NCBI GenBank assembly: GCA_016839945.1
Contig: JAEOTE010000007.1
Coordinates: 1 to 64,000, forward strand
Source: Candidatus Heimdallarchaeota archaeon
GTDB taxonomy: Archaea > Asgardarchaeota > Heimdallarchaeia > Heimdallarchaeales > Heimdallarchaeaceae
Reading direction: 5' to 3'
Length of the DNA stretch: 64,000 bases
A program made the position numbers and the translations under genes. The notes beneath the pieces were generated by a model, which worked only from the letters and a program-made list of their open reading frames with translations, made no database searches and had not been told where the DNA came from. Positions 38,150-47,848 of the stretch are shown one piece after another; the first letter of the stretch is position 1; each line of letters starts with the position of its first letter.

Positions 38150-38695
38150 ATGAGTATAAAGAAATTCGAAGTAAGAAGACGGTATGATACAACTGCAAAA
38201 CATTATGATCCTAGGTATACTAACATTCAAAATCAAAAATACAGGGAGGTTTTTTCAAATGGTAACCTTTCTGATTATGAATTAATATTAGATGTTGGTG
38301 CAGGAACTGGTCTTCTTTTGGATTTCTGTAAAGAAAAAACCCAAGATGTCTTTTGTTGTGATTTTTCCATTAATATGTTAATAGAGGGAAAAAAGAAACA
38401 CAAAAATGGATTTTTCATTTGTAGTGACATAGAATCCTTGCCATTTAGAAAAAATAGTTTTGATTTATGTACAAGCTTTTCAGTTCTTCAAAATATACAA
38501 GATATTAACAAGACAATTGCAGAAAAATTTTGGGTTTTAAAAGATAATGGAGAACTTATTTTAACAGCACTAAAGAAGAAATTTGATAAAAATGATTTGA
38601 AACATATTATAGATAAAACTGGTTTTAAGCTTGTGAAAATATGGAATTTATCTGTAGAGGATATCTCGCTTATTGCCAGAAAAGGGGAAAGATGA
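38150..38695 (+). CDS. Class I SAM-dependent methyltransferase
   Basis: ILDVGAGTG, DFSINML, LPFRKNSFD. Confidence 0.88.
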   Translation: MSIKKFEVRRRYDTTAKHYDPRYTNIQNQKYREVFSNGNLSDYELILDVGAGTGLLLDFCKEKTQDVFCCDFSINMLIEGKKKHKNGFFICSDIESLPFRKNSFDLCTSFSVLQNIQDINKTIAEKFWVLKDNGELILTALKKKFDKNDLKHIIDKTGFKLVKIWNLSVEDISLIARKGER

Positions 38696-38705
38696 AATTA
38701 TCTAT

Positions 38706-38987
38706 CTAGATTATATCCAGTATGATCCTACTAATTTTTGTCTTGCAAACCTTGCGTACACCATGTGCACCTGGCTCGTAACGAGATTCCAGAACACCCG
38801 CAACTTCCAGTTTCTTGATTTGAGCTGATGTGTTTGCTTCTGTCTGCTTCATTTTCTTTGCAATACTTGAAATATCCATTTCTTTGTCAATTAGAAGTTT
38901 GACTATATCATATCTTGTTTGAGATGATAAAGCTTTTGCCAGTATAATTATTAATTTTTCATCATTTAATTCAAGAGTTTCTGTCAA
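38706..38987 (-). CDS. ArsR-family HTH transcription regulator
   Basis: KALSSQTRYDI, ISSIAKKM, ANTSAQIKKLE, GVRKVC. Confidence 0.85.
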   Translation of the reverse strand: MTETLELNDEKLIIILAKALSSQTRYDIVKLLIDKEMDISSIAKKMKQTEANTSAQIKKLEVAGVLESRYEPGAHGVRKVCKTKISRIILDII

Positions 38988-38989
38988 CT

Positions 38990-39008
38990 TTAACCACCCC
39001 TTGGTTAA
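38990..39008. promoter_or_regulatory. Inverted repeat TTAACCA-N5-TGGTTAA over the ArsR ribosome-binding site
   Basis: Perfect 7-bp inverted repeat 2 nt upstream of the TTG start. Confidence 0.5.
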
Positions 39009-39290
39009 TCAAGCTGGAGTCTTTAAAGGATTATTTAAATATAGCTCTTGTTTGAAAGAAAAAATAGATATTTTCTTATTCATTGTAGTAAAAAAATGGA
39101 ACATTGATAAAATTATTGAGTGTTTTAGACCTTTATTTATAAGTAATATCTCTTAAATAAACAATTTTCCTTAACTTCGTTTAGATATTTCAGTTAACTA
39201 TTTAAAAAATCCCTCATGAATCGTTAAGGCTAAATATTTTTTTATGATAAGTGAAGATGCAATATAAATAAATTCACTAGGTTTAGATTT

Positions 39291-40400
39291 ATGAGTAGTA
39301 CAATTGATGAAAGAATTCGTGATTTGGAGGAAGAAATACGAATAACTCCTAAGAATAAGTCTACTGAACATCATGTGGGTACATTAAAAGCTAAACTTGC
39401 AAAAGCAAAACGCAAAAAACTTGATGTTCAACTCTCAAAAACTGGAAGTAGTTACGGATTTGATGTCAAGAAAGCGGGAGATGGTTCTGTTGTTCTTATT
39501 GGATTCCCTTCTACAGGTAAATCTACTCTTATTTCAAAAATAACAAGTAAGCAATCAAAAGTTGGTGAGTATGCTTTTACAACAACATCTGCTATTCCGG
39601 GAATAATGTTTCATAAAGGTACTCAAATTCAAATTATAGATCTTCCAGGAATTATTGAAGATGCAAGTCGAGGAAGAGGAAGGGGAAAGGAGATTCTTGC
39701 AGTTGCTAGAACTGCAGATATGATTCTTTTACTTCTCGACCCAAAAAAAGCCGAATTATTTTACGAAAAAGCTTTAGATGAACTCGGTGGAGTTGCAATT
39801 AGACCAGGAAAAGAAAAACCAAACATTAGAATTCGCAAGAAAGAACGTGGAGGGATTGCTCTTTCAACTTTAACAAAGTTAACTCATATGAGTGAAAAAA
39901 CATTCAGTGGAATTTTAAGAGAATATAAGATAATGAACGCAAGTGTTACTGTTCGTAGTGATCCTACCATGGATGAATTAATTGATGTTTTAGAAGGCAA
40001 TAGAGTTTATCCTCGATTAATGATAGTAATTAATAAAATAGATACAATTACTGAAAAAACAAAGGGAAAGTTAAAACGAAAGCTTCCGGAATCGATATTA
40101 ATTAGTGCACTAACAGGGGAGAATCTTAAACTACTTAAAGAAGAGATAGTAAAGAGGTTAGAACTCATCCAAATTTTCTTGAAGAAGCAGAGAGAAAAAA
40201 CAGACTATGATGAGCCATTAATTGTGAAATATAATTCCACAATAAAAGATGTGTGTGATAAAATTCATCGCAAATTTAAATCGCAATTTAGGTATGCAGT
40301 TGTATCAGGACCTAGTGCCAAACATAGGAAACAAAGAGTTGGCTTGGATCATGTAGTTAAAGAAGGGGATGTAATAACTATCATTGTTAAGAAGTTCTAA
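39291..40400 (+). CDS. DRG/Rbg1 (Obg family) GTPase with TGS domain
   Basis: NKSTEHH, GFPSTGKST, YAFTT, DLPG, NKID, QRVGLDH. Confidence 0.93.
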   Translation: MSSTIDERIRDLEEEIRITPKNKSTEHHVGTLKAKLAKAKRKKLDVQLSKTGSSYGFDVKKAGDGSVVLIGFPSTGKSTLISKITSKQSKVGEYAFTTTSAIPGIMFHKGTQIQIIDLPGIIEDASRGRGRGKEILAVARTADMILLLLDPKKAELFYEKALDELGGVAIRPGKEKPNIRIRKKERGGIALSTLTKLTHMSEKTFSGILREYKIMNASVTVRSDPTMDELIDVLEGNRVYPRLMIVINKIDTITEKTKGKLKRKLPESILISALTGENLKLLKEEIVKRLELIQIFLKKQREKTDYDEPLIVKYNSTIKDVCDKIHRKFKSQFRYAVVSGPSAKHRKQRVGLDHVVKEGDVITIIVKKF

Positions 40401-40404
40401 AAGT

Positions 40405-41967
40405 TCATTCTCTTTGATATCTAATTTCTCCACCTATGATAGTATAATCCACAATAACTTCATGAAATTCTTCTTTTTGCATTACATCTAACTTATGACT
40501 CAGCATTACTAAGTCTGCAAGCTTTCCTTCGGTGACTGATCCCTTAATATTTTCCTCCTTTACCGATTTAGCAGGATGCAAAGTATAGCTTCTGATAGCT
40601 TCTTCTAAGCTTAACCTTAGTTCTTGGTTTGGATGAAAGAGAGCTCCTTTTATTCCATATAGAGGTCCTAAAGGCATTCCATCACTCCCAAATGCAAGTA
40701 TCAGGTTTTCTTCCAGAATCCATCGGAAAGGATTATTGATCATTGTTCTTTCTTTTCCTAATCTTTGTTCATACATACCATCAACATCAATTAAGCCCCA
40801 CCTCCAAACAAAATTAGGTTGCATAGAAAAAACCAATCCCAACTTAGCAGCTCTTAAAACATCTTCTTTTCTAAGAATTTCTGCATGTTCAATCCGATGA
40901 AGAGCTTCTTGGCTTTCTAATGGTTCAATGTTTTTTTCAATAGCAGTAATTAGATTAGCATTTGCTTTATCACCTATAGCATGAGCTGCAATTTGTAAAT
41001 TAGCTTGATGAACTTTGGAAACCATAGTTTCAAGTTTCTCTTCATCATATAATGCAAAACCATATTCGTTAGGTTTGTCATCGTATTCATCAAAAACATA
41101 AGCTGTGCGAGAGCTAATAGCTCCATCTGTCATTAGTTTCACAGCTCCAATTTTGAACCACTTATCACCGAAGTTTCTATCTAAACCAATTCTTATTGCT
41201 TCATCAATCATATCCTCGTAAATAATCCCATAGACTCTCACTTTTAGTAGGTTATTCTTAGTAAGGTGTAAATAAACAGGTAAAGTTTCAAAAGTGATAT
41301 TATCATGTACAGAAGTGATACCTAGTTCTATAGCTTCTTCAAATCCTAGCTCAAAACCTTGTATAAAGTCATCAAATGTTGGTCTGGTTTCTTTATTTTC
41401 TTTAAGGTCAACATCTCTTAGAGTCCCTATTACTTCACCTTTCTCGTCCAAATCTACTCCCAGTTGAGTTTTTAAAAGTCCTAATCTCTGAAAACCCAAA
41501 CTATTCACTGTTTCAAAATGACCTGAAACATGTCTTAGCTTAACAGGATTATTGGGACTAACTGGATCTAAATCAGCTGCCGTAAGATACCTTTGATCTA
41601 CCCATTTACTTTGATCCCAAGCTCTTCCAATTATCCAATCCCCAGGTTGTTTCTTATCTACTTCCTGCTTGACTAAATCAACTACTTCTTCTATACTCTT
41701 TGTTTCACTCAAATCTAGATATACTTTGTTTAATCCATTCCATGCTATGTGGGTATGTGCATCAATAAAACCAGGAATTACACTTCTTCCCTTAGCGTCA
41801 ATTACCACAGTATTTGGTCCAACTAAATCAGAGAAATCATTTCCATTACCAACTTTCATAATAGTATCCAAATAAATAGCTACATATTCAGCTCTTGGAG
41901 AGTTCTCATCTATTGTCCAGATATTAGCATTCTGAATAATTAAAGTAGCAAATATCTTCTCTGCCAT
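40405..41967 (-). CDS. YtcJ-like amidohydrolase (family 3)
   Basis: PGFIDAHTH, KLMTDG, HAIGD, RIEH, GSD, GKLADLV. Confidence 0.92.
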   Translation of the reverse strand: MAEKIFATLIIQNANIWTIDENSPRAEYVAIYLDTIMKVGNGNDFSDLVGPNTVVIDAKGRSVIPGFIDAHTHIAWNGLNKVYLDLSETKSIEEVVDLVKQEVDKKQPGDWIIGRAWDQSKWVDQRYLTAADLDPVSPNNPVKLRHVSGHFETVNSLGFQRLGLLKTQLGVDLDEKGEVIGTLRDVDLKENKETRPTFDDFIQGFELGFEEAIELGITSVHDNITFETLPVYLHLTKNNLLKVRVYGIIYEDMIDEAIRIGLDRNFGDKWFKIGAVKLMTDGAISSRTAYVFDEYDDKPNEYGFALYDEEKLETMVSKVHQANLQIAAHAIGDKANANLITAIEKNIEPLESQEALHRIEHAEILRKEDVLRAAKLGLVFSMQPNFVWRWGLIDVDGMYEQRLGKERTMINNPFRWILEENLILAFGSDGMPLGPLYGIKGALFHPNQELRLSLEEAIRSYTLHPAKSVKEENIKGSVTEGKLADLVMLSHKLDVMQKEEFHEVIVDYTIIGGEIRYQRE

Positions 41968-42071
41968 AATAGAATTTTTACTAGACTGATTTTAAAATAT
42001 ATTGTAAGACCATCTGAAATTTCCTAGAAAATACATTTATAGAAGTCCGAAAGAAATATTCACAGAATCAA

Positions 42072-42968
42072 ATGACAAAAATAGCACTAATTCTAACAGA
42101 AGATCGAGAAAAAGGAACAAAAGAAGTAGTAGAGCTATTAGGAATAAACCCAGTAAATCTGAAAAATGTAATCTTGAAACCTAATTTTAATACAGCTGAT
42201 ACTCCTCCAGGATCTACTGCTATAGAAAACCTTCAAGGCTTAATTCCTACATTAAAAGATATGGGGGCATTATCAATTACACTTGCTGAAAGGAGTGGTC
42301 CTGTTAATACTAGAGAATGTATGGAAGAAAAAGGAATTTTCAAATTAGCTGAAGAGCTAGATTTTTCCATTGTCAATCTTGCTGAGGTTCCAGTTGAAGA
42401 ATATGTTCACCTTAAACCAAAAAATTCTCACTGGGAAAATGGTTTTCTATTTGCGAAATTATATCACGAAGCTGAATGTATAGTAGAAACATGTTGCCTG
42501 AAAACACACAGATCAAAAGCTCATTTTACTCTCTCAATAAAGAATGCTGTAGGTATGGTACCAAGACGAGAATTAGACGGACATGGATATATGAGAGAAA
42601 TGCACAACTCTCCCCATATTGCAAAGATGATTGCGGAAATCAATTCTGTTTTTAATCCTGATTTAATTGTTCTTGATGGAGTGACTGCGTTTGTAGATGG
42701 AGGTCCTGCTACAGGAACCAGAATTGAAGCTAACATAATTTTGGCAGGAACCGATAGAGTAGCTATTGACGCTGTAGGAATTGCAATTCTAAGGATTTTG
42801 GGGACAAACCCACATGTTTCAAAAGGATCAATTATTGAACTTGAGCAAATTGCAAGAGCTGTTGAATTAGGTATAGGTATTTCATCACTTAAAGAGATTG
42901 AAATACTAACTAAAACTGATGAAGCAGAAGAACTTGCAACAAAAATCATACTGGAACTAAATAAATGA
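42072..42968 (+). CDS. DUF362 family protein
   Basis: LKPNFN, LKTH, TLSIKNAVG, DRVAIDAV. Confidence 0.85.
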   Translation: MTKIALILTEDREKGTKEVVELLGINPVNLKNVILKPNFNTADTPPGSTAIENLQGLIPTLKDMGALSITLAERSGPVNTRECMEEKGIFKLAEELDFSIVNLAEVPVEEYVHLKPKNSHWENGFLFAKLYHEAECIVETCCLKTHRSKAHFTLSIKNAVGMVPRRELDGHGYMREMHNSPHIAKMIAEINSVFNPDLIVLDGVTAFVDGGPATGTRIEANIILAGTDRVAIDAVGIAILRILGTNPHVSKGSIIELEQIARAVELGIGISSLKEIEILTKTDEAEELATKIILELNK

Positions 42969-43044
42969 TAAGATAATTTAATTGGAATAGTATCAAGCAA
43001 GTTGTTAGATTCAATAATCTTTTTAACATAGGTGTAACTTTCAT

Positions 43045-44367
43045 GTGTCAATGTCAGAACTGAATTTCTTACTTACTTTAAGGGCAAAAACAAGAGCTAG
43101 TTTCAAGGAAATTGTTGAAGCTCAAGAAACAAGAGAGCTTGTTGCATTCCTTACTTCGCAGTTCGTAGCATTTTTAGTTTTTATGTCATTAAGACAGATA
43201 TTTCCTCTTTATTTACAAAAATCTACAGGATTATCTCAAGATGAAGTGTATATCAAATGGGGAATCATTGTTGCAGCATATACATTCGGTGGTATAATAA
43301 CTCGTATTCCTTCTGGTTACTTGATTGAGAAGTTTGGTAGACGAATATTAATTGTATTTTCATTCATTATTATGACTCTCGCTGTGGGAGGTTTAGCTTT
43401 CACAGAAAACACAATTCTGTTAGCGATTCTCTGGATTGTTTTACGTTCTTCAAATAACATCTTTGGTTTATCTAGTAGATCTTTGATTTCTGATTTAGAA
43501 ACAAAGTATAAAGGATTTTACAATTCTATAATTTCAACATCTGGTAGGTTTGGAAGCCTTATAGGGACCATTAGTTTAGGAGTTCTACTTGATTTCTTTG
43601 ACCCTATTGTTATGTTAATTGTTGTCTTTGTACTATCAATTATAGGAGGCATTCTCTTTTTTGTTATTTTCACAAAAGGGAAGGGAGAAGAAAAACATGA
43701 AGAAAGAAGAGAGGATCAAGAGAAAGGAGAAAAAGCTAAGCTTAGAGTCCATCATTTTACTAATAAAACATTTATATTTTTCTTCATCGCTTTTGTGATT
43801 TTTGGACTCATGGAAGGATTCACAAATCCCCAATTTTCCTTGTATGGGTACAACATAATCGGATTATCTGAAAGTCTTGTTGGAACTATCATTGGTCTTT
43901 CAAATATAGGTTTTATTGTAATAGGTCCAATAATTGGTTTAGCTATATCCTTCCGTAAACAAATTATTGACATCATACTTTTAGTAGCTTGTGTATTAAT
44001 CTCAGTGAATTTTCTGTTGATTTTCTTAATGCCTTTCAATCAAGCAATGTTCATAGTTTTTCTCTTTATTAGGAGCGTAGGGCATGCTTTGTTCTTTCCA
44101 ATAGTAATGACGATTCTAACTTCAGAACTTGATAAGAAGCATTTTTCAATTTTATATTCAGTTATTACAACTGCTTTCTTTCTTGGAATATCTGGAACAA
44201 GTTATGCTTCTGGAGTTCTGCTAAATATAGATGTCACATACTTCTGGTTATCTTCATTTATAACCTCTGTTGTGTTGGTTTTTGTGATTTTAGCATACTT
44301 AGTTATTAACAAAAGAAGGGATAGAGACTTAAAAGAGCAATCAATAGATTTTGCGGGTCTTAAATAA
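43045..44367 (+). CDS. MFS transporter
   Basis: 12 TM segments; GYLIEKFGRR motif A. Confidence 0.85.
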   Translation: MSMSELNFLLTLRAKTRASFKEIVEAQETRELVAFLTSQFVAFLVFMSLRQIFPLYLQKSTGLSQDEVYIKWGIIVAAYTFGGIITRIPSGYLIEKFGRRILIVFSFIIMTLAVGGLAFTENTILLAILWIVLRSSNNIFGLSSRSLISDLETKYKGFYNSIISTSGRFGSLIGTISLGVLLDFFDPIVMLIVVFVLSIIGGILFFVIFTKGKGEEKHEERREDQEKGEKAKLRVHHFTNKTFIFFFIAFVIFGLMEGFTNPQFSLYGYNIIGLSESLVGTIIGLSNIGFIVIGPIIGLAISFRKQIIDIILLVACVLISVNFLLIFLMPFNQAMFIVFLFIRSVGHALFFPIVMTILTSELDKKHFSILYSVITTAFFLGISGTSYASGVLLNIDVTYFWLSSFITSVVLVFVILAYLVINKRRDRDLKEQSIDFAGLK

Positions 44368-44387
44368 TACTTTTCAGTTATATTAAT

Positions 44388-45434
44388 GTGTCAATAGAAA
44401 TCAGAAATTTATCTAAAACATTCCAAAAGAAAGGTAAAGAAACACTCGCTTTAGATAATATAAATGTTCAAATCAAAGAAGGAGAATTTGTAGCTTTGCT
44501 AGGTCCTAACGGAGCTGGAAAAACTACTTTAACTAAAATCCTCAATACACTTATTCTTCCATCATTAGGAGAAGCATTCATTGATGGTATAAGTATAAGA
44601 GAAGACAAGAAAATACGTCAAATGGTTGGTTCTGTTTTTGGGGAAACAGGAGGAAGAAGTTTGTACTATAGATTATCAGTTTTTGATAACCTCCTGTTCT
44701 ATAGCACTCTAAGTGGTATCAAAAAAGCTGAAGCAAAAAAAAGAATAAACTCATTATTACAATATTTTGATCTAGAAGACAAGAAAAATACTCTTGTCAT
44801 GAAACTTTCGACAGGTATGAAAGCTAAAGCCTTACTTATTCGAGCATTAGTACCATTTCCCAAAGTTTTACTGCTCGATGAACCCACTTTAGGTTTTGAT
44901 GCAGAAAGCTCTGAAAAAGCAAAAGAGCTTCTTCTTGAATTTAACAGAGAAATAGGTACAACAATCTTACTTACAAGTCATAATTTTACTGACATTGATG
45001 ATTTAACACAACGGTTGATATTAATAGATAGAGGTCAAATAATTCAAGACTGCTCTCCTTCAGACTTTAAAAGTGCAGCTGCTCAGGAATATGTAAAATT
45101 AGTATTTTGTCTCCCATCTTTTCATTACAAGAGTTTTGAAACTTTGATGAAACATTCAGCTGGAGCTGAAATCTTGTTTTTTAGAGATAAGGATATAGAT
45201 AATTTTATCTTTGAAGCTAAAATACGACCAACAAAGTATACACTGAATGAGACTATTTCTCGAATAACTGTCTTAATTCTAAGAGCAGGAGGAGAAATCT
45301 ATCAAATTGCTCCACATATGCCATCTCTAAAAGAATCTTTCCTAGCTTTCCTTGCTCTTAGTAAACAGAAAAGCGTTGAACATCCTAAATCTGTAGAAGA
45401 AATGTTTTCTATACCTTTTCAGGAGGAGGAATAG
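44388..45434 (+). CDS. ABC-2 exporter ATP-binding subunit
   Basis: GPNGAGKTT, LSTGMK, LLLDEPT, TSH. Confidence 0.93.
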   Translation: MSIEIRNLSKTFQKKGKETLALDNINVQIKEGEFVALLGPNGAGKTTLTKILNTLILPSLGEAFIDGISIREDKKIRQMVGSVFGETGGRSLYYRLSVFDNLLFYSTLSGIKKAEAKKRINSLLQYFDLEDKKNTLVMKLSTGMKAKALLIRALVPFPKVLLLDEPTLGFDAESSEKAKELLLEFNREIGTTILLTSHNFTDIDDLTQRLILIDRGQIIQDCSPSDFKSAAAQEYVKLVFCLPSFHYKSFETLMKHSAGAEILFFRDKDIDNFIFEAKIRPTKYTLNETISRITVLILRAGGEIYQIAPHMPSLKESFLAFLALSKQKSVEHPKSVEEMFSIPFQEEE

Positions 45435-45435
45435 A

Positions 45436-46299
45436 ATTTATCAACAAGCTGAGGAGGTAATATCCTCCTTTAAGCCATCAACTAAGAGAAGTACTTTCAT
45501 CTCAAGAATCTATAGTATATTTATTTCAAGAATAAAAATGGCATTAAACTACAAAAGTAGTTTTCTCATGATAATTGCACTGAATCTGATAATGATTGTT
45601 ATGTATTTTTTCTTCAGTCGTTTGAATCCAGATATAACAATTTTTGGGATTGATGCATCTTATTTTGAATTCTGCATAATTGGTCTCTGTCTTCAGATGG
45701 TAGTTGGAACAAGTTTAGGAACGGTATGTGCTAATATTTTCAATGAAATTTCTGCAGGAACATGGTCTTCTATTTTACCGTTTTTCAATTTTTTAGAATA
45801 CTCAATTGGAACCACTCTTGCAGGTGCATTCATATCGTCTTTTTCAATATTTATTGCACTAGGATTCACATATCTTATTGCAGGATTTTTTTTTGTTATT
45901 ACGTTTCAAGAAATTATGCTGATTTTTTTCCTTTTTATTTTGATTTTAATTTCTCATATGGCTATATCCATGCTTTTCGCTGCCTTTACTATTTACTATC
46001 AAAAAAATAGTAGTCTAGTTTCAACTTTATATCATCTAACAAAGACATTCACTGGAATTGTTTTTCCAGTTTCTTTGTTATCAGGTTTTCCTTTAGTGTT
46101 ATCAAAAAGCCTTCCTCTAACATACGGATTATCAACCCTACAGTCAATCCTGTTTTCTTCTTCTGTAGATTTTAGAGGGTATTTATTTAATTGTTTAATA
46201 CTTGTATCTCTTTCTATAATAATTGGTTTAATAGCCTGGTTTCTTTTTTCTTATAGCTTAAAAAACGCAAAAAAACATGGTAAGTGTGATTGGTATTGA
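45436..46299 (+). CDS. ABC-2 exporter permease 1 (true start probably upstream of ATG 45538)
   Basis: EISAGTW, TGIVFPVS, LPLTYG; upstream in-frame RIYSIFISRIKMALNYK matches the permease-2 N-terminus. Confidence 0.8.
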   Translation: MYQQAEEVISSFKPSTKRSTFISRIYSIFISRIKMALNYKSSFLMIIALNLIMIVMYFFFSRLNPDITIFGIDASYFEFCIIGLCLQMVVGTSLGTVCANIFNEISAGTWSSILPFFNFLEYSIGTTLAGAFISSFSIFIALGFTYLIAGFFFVITFQEIMLIFFLFILILISHMAISMLFAAFTIYYQKNSSLVSTLYHLTKTFTGIVFPVSLLSGFPLVLSKSLPLTYGLSTLQSILFSSSVDFRGYLFNCLILVSLSIIIGLIAWFLFSYSLKNAKKHGKCDWY

Positions 46300-47183
46300 C
46301 ATTTTACAAAATATATGATGAAATAACAAAAAGATTCTCTGTTATAGATCGAACTCCATCATTCTTTCAAGGATTAAAAGCTATTTTCATTAGAAATTTC
46401 AAAATTATTTGGCAGTATAAATTTTCAACAGTTTTAAATTTTGTAAATACACTCATTGTATCTTCTCTATTCTATTATATTGCACTGTTAATTCCAGACA
46501 TGCAAATTGAGCAAGACCTATACATTGTAGATAGTGTCTCTTTTATCTTTGCTGGGTTTGTTTTAGTTAATATAGCGACAAAGATTCTAAACAAATCTCT
46601 TAACAGTATTAGCAGTGAGATGAAGCAAGGAACATTTGAAACTCTCTCTACACTCCCTTTTGGACTAAGAAAATATTTCATTTCGGAGGTAGCTTTCGAG
46701 ATGATATACGGTTTTATAACTTCAATAATATTCTTTATTCCAATATTCTTGATATTTCCTATTTTTAGAAATGTATCTATTTCTTCTGCATCCTTTTTTT
46801 CACTTTTACTAGTTCTTCTTAGTATATGCTTATTCTTCTTTTCATTATCGCTTTTAGCAGCAAACTTCACAATATTAATTAAAAGAGGAAAGGAAATTTC
46901 TTTAGTTATATTAAGCATTTTGCACTTACTCAGTGGAAGTATGTTCCCACTTTCTGTTTTTCCAGGATGGTTAAAGATTATTGCCTATTTCTCACCGTTT
47001 ACGTTAGGAGTTCAAGCTTTTAGATTATGCCTTTTTGGAAATGGTATTTTAACAGATAGCATAGTATGGAGTGCGGTCTTATTCTTAATTCTATCATCTA
47101 TTGTTATTATTGTAGCTTTTCTCTTTACTTACAAAAGAATCTACAAAAGGATAAGAGAAACTGGTTCAATTCATGAATATTAA
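46290..47183 (+). CDS. ABC-2 exporter permease 2
   Basis: EMKQGTFE, SGSMFPLSVFPGW, SPFT. Confidence 0.88.
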   Translation: MVLTFYKIYDEITKRFSVIDRTPSFFQGLKAIFIRNFKIIWQYKFSTVLNFVNTLIVSSLFYYIALLIPDMQIEQDLYIVDSVSFIFAGFVLVNIATKILNKSLNSISSEMKQGTFETLSTLPFGLRKYFISEVAFEMIYGFITSIIFFIPIFLIFPIFRNVSISSASFFSLLLVLLSICLFFFSLSLLAANFTILIKRGKEISLVILSILHLLSGSMFPLSVFPGWLKIIAYFSPFTLGVQAFRLCLFGNGILTDSIVWSAVLFLILSSIVIIVAFLFTYKRIYKRIRETGSIHEY

Positions 47184-47848
47184 GTGTTAGTGTCTTTTCT
47201 AAGAATTCGTAGAAAGTCATTAATTGTAGCGCTTACATCATTTGATTGTGTTATTGCTCTACCTATTACAAGAATATCTACTCCTCTGTCTAGAGCTATT
47301 TCACTTGTTAGCAAATTCAAACCTCCAGCTGCAGCTACAAGAACATTAGGAAAAGAGGATTTTGTTTTCTTGATTAACTCCCATGGATGTTCTTGTTTAC
47401 CTTCTTGATCTATTCCTCTATGAAAAAGAACTATTGAAGGTTTTTTAGTGAGTTGGTTAATTAATACTTCAGGATTCTTTACATTCATCAAATCCAGAAT
47501 AATATCTATGTCTCTCTTTGTTCCTTCTTCAATAGAACTTTCTATTGTTTCAATTGAAGCTAATCCACTAATTGCTACTGCGCATGCTTTTTCTTCAACA
47601 GCTATCTGCACTTCCAGTCTACCAACATCTAAAGTTTTCATATCTGCAACTACGTAAGTATCTTCTGCGTGTGATAGTAATTCCTTGAGAATGTTTATTC
47701 CGAATTTCTTTATTAGTGGTGTCCCCGCTTCTAAAAGTATTTTATCAGATTTGGGTATTCCATTTAGTATTCGAACTAATTCATCTTTGCTAACTAAATC
47801 AAGAGCAATTTGCAAATATGGAGGATTAGCAAGTCGCATTTTATACAC
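47180..47848 (-). CDS. 3-hexulose-6-phosphate synthase-like protein (HPS/OMPDC TIM barrel; resembles the Hps half of Fae/Hps)
   Basis: PYLQIALD, EAGTPLIK, ADMKTLD, HRGID, AAGG, VIGRAIT. Confidence 0.82.
   Translation of the reverse strand: MYKMRLANPPYLQIALDLVSKDELVRILNGIPKSDKILLEAGTPLIKKFGINILKELLSHAEDTYVVADMKTLDVGRLEVQIAVEEKACAVAISGLASIETIESSIEEGTKRDIDIILDLMNVKNPEVLINQLTKKPSIVLFHRGIDQEGKQEHPWELIKKTKSSFPNVLVAAAGGLNLLTSEIALDRGVDILVIGRAITQSNDVSATINDFLRILRKDTNT

Noticed and set aside
42521-43051. 176-aa minus-strand ORF
   Set aside because: Antisense shadow of DUF362; Ser/Ile-rich with no motifs
46475-46918. 147-aa minus-strand ORF, plus the other short ORFs nested in or antisense to called genes (e.g. 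744-959, 6104-6415, 31013-31357, 52930-53292)
   Set aside because: Fully overlap well-supported genes; composition typical of shadow frames
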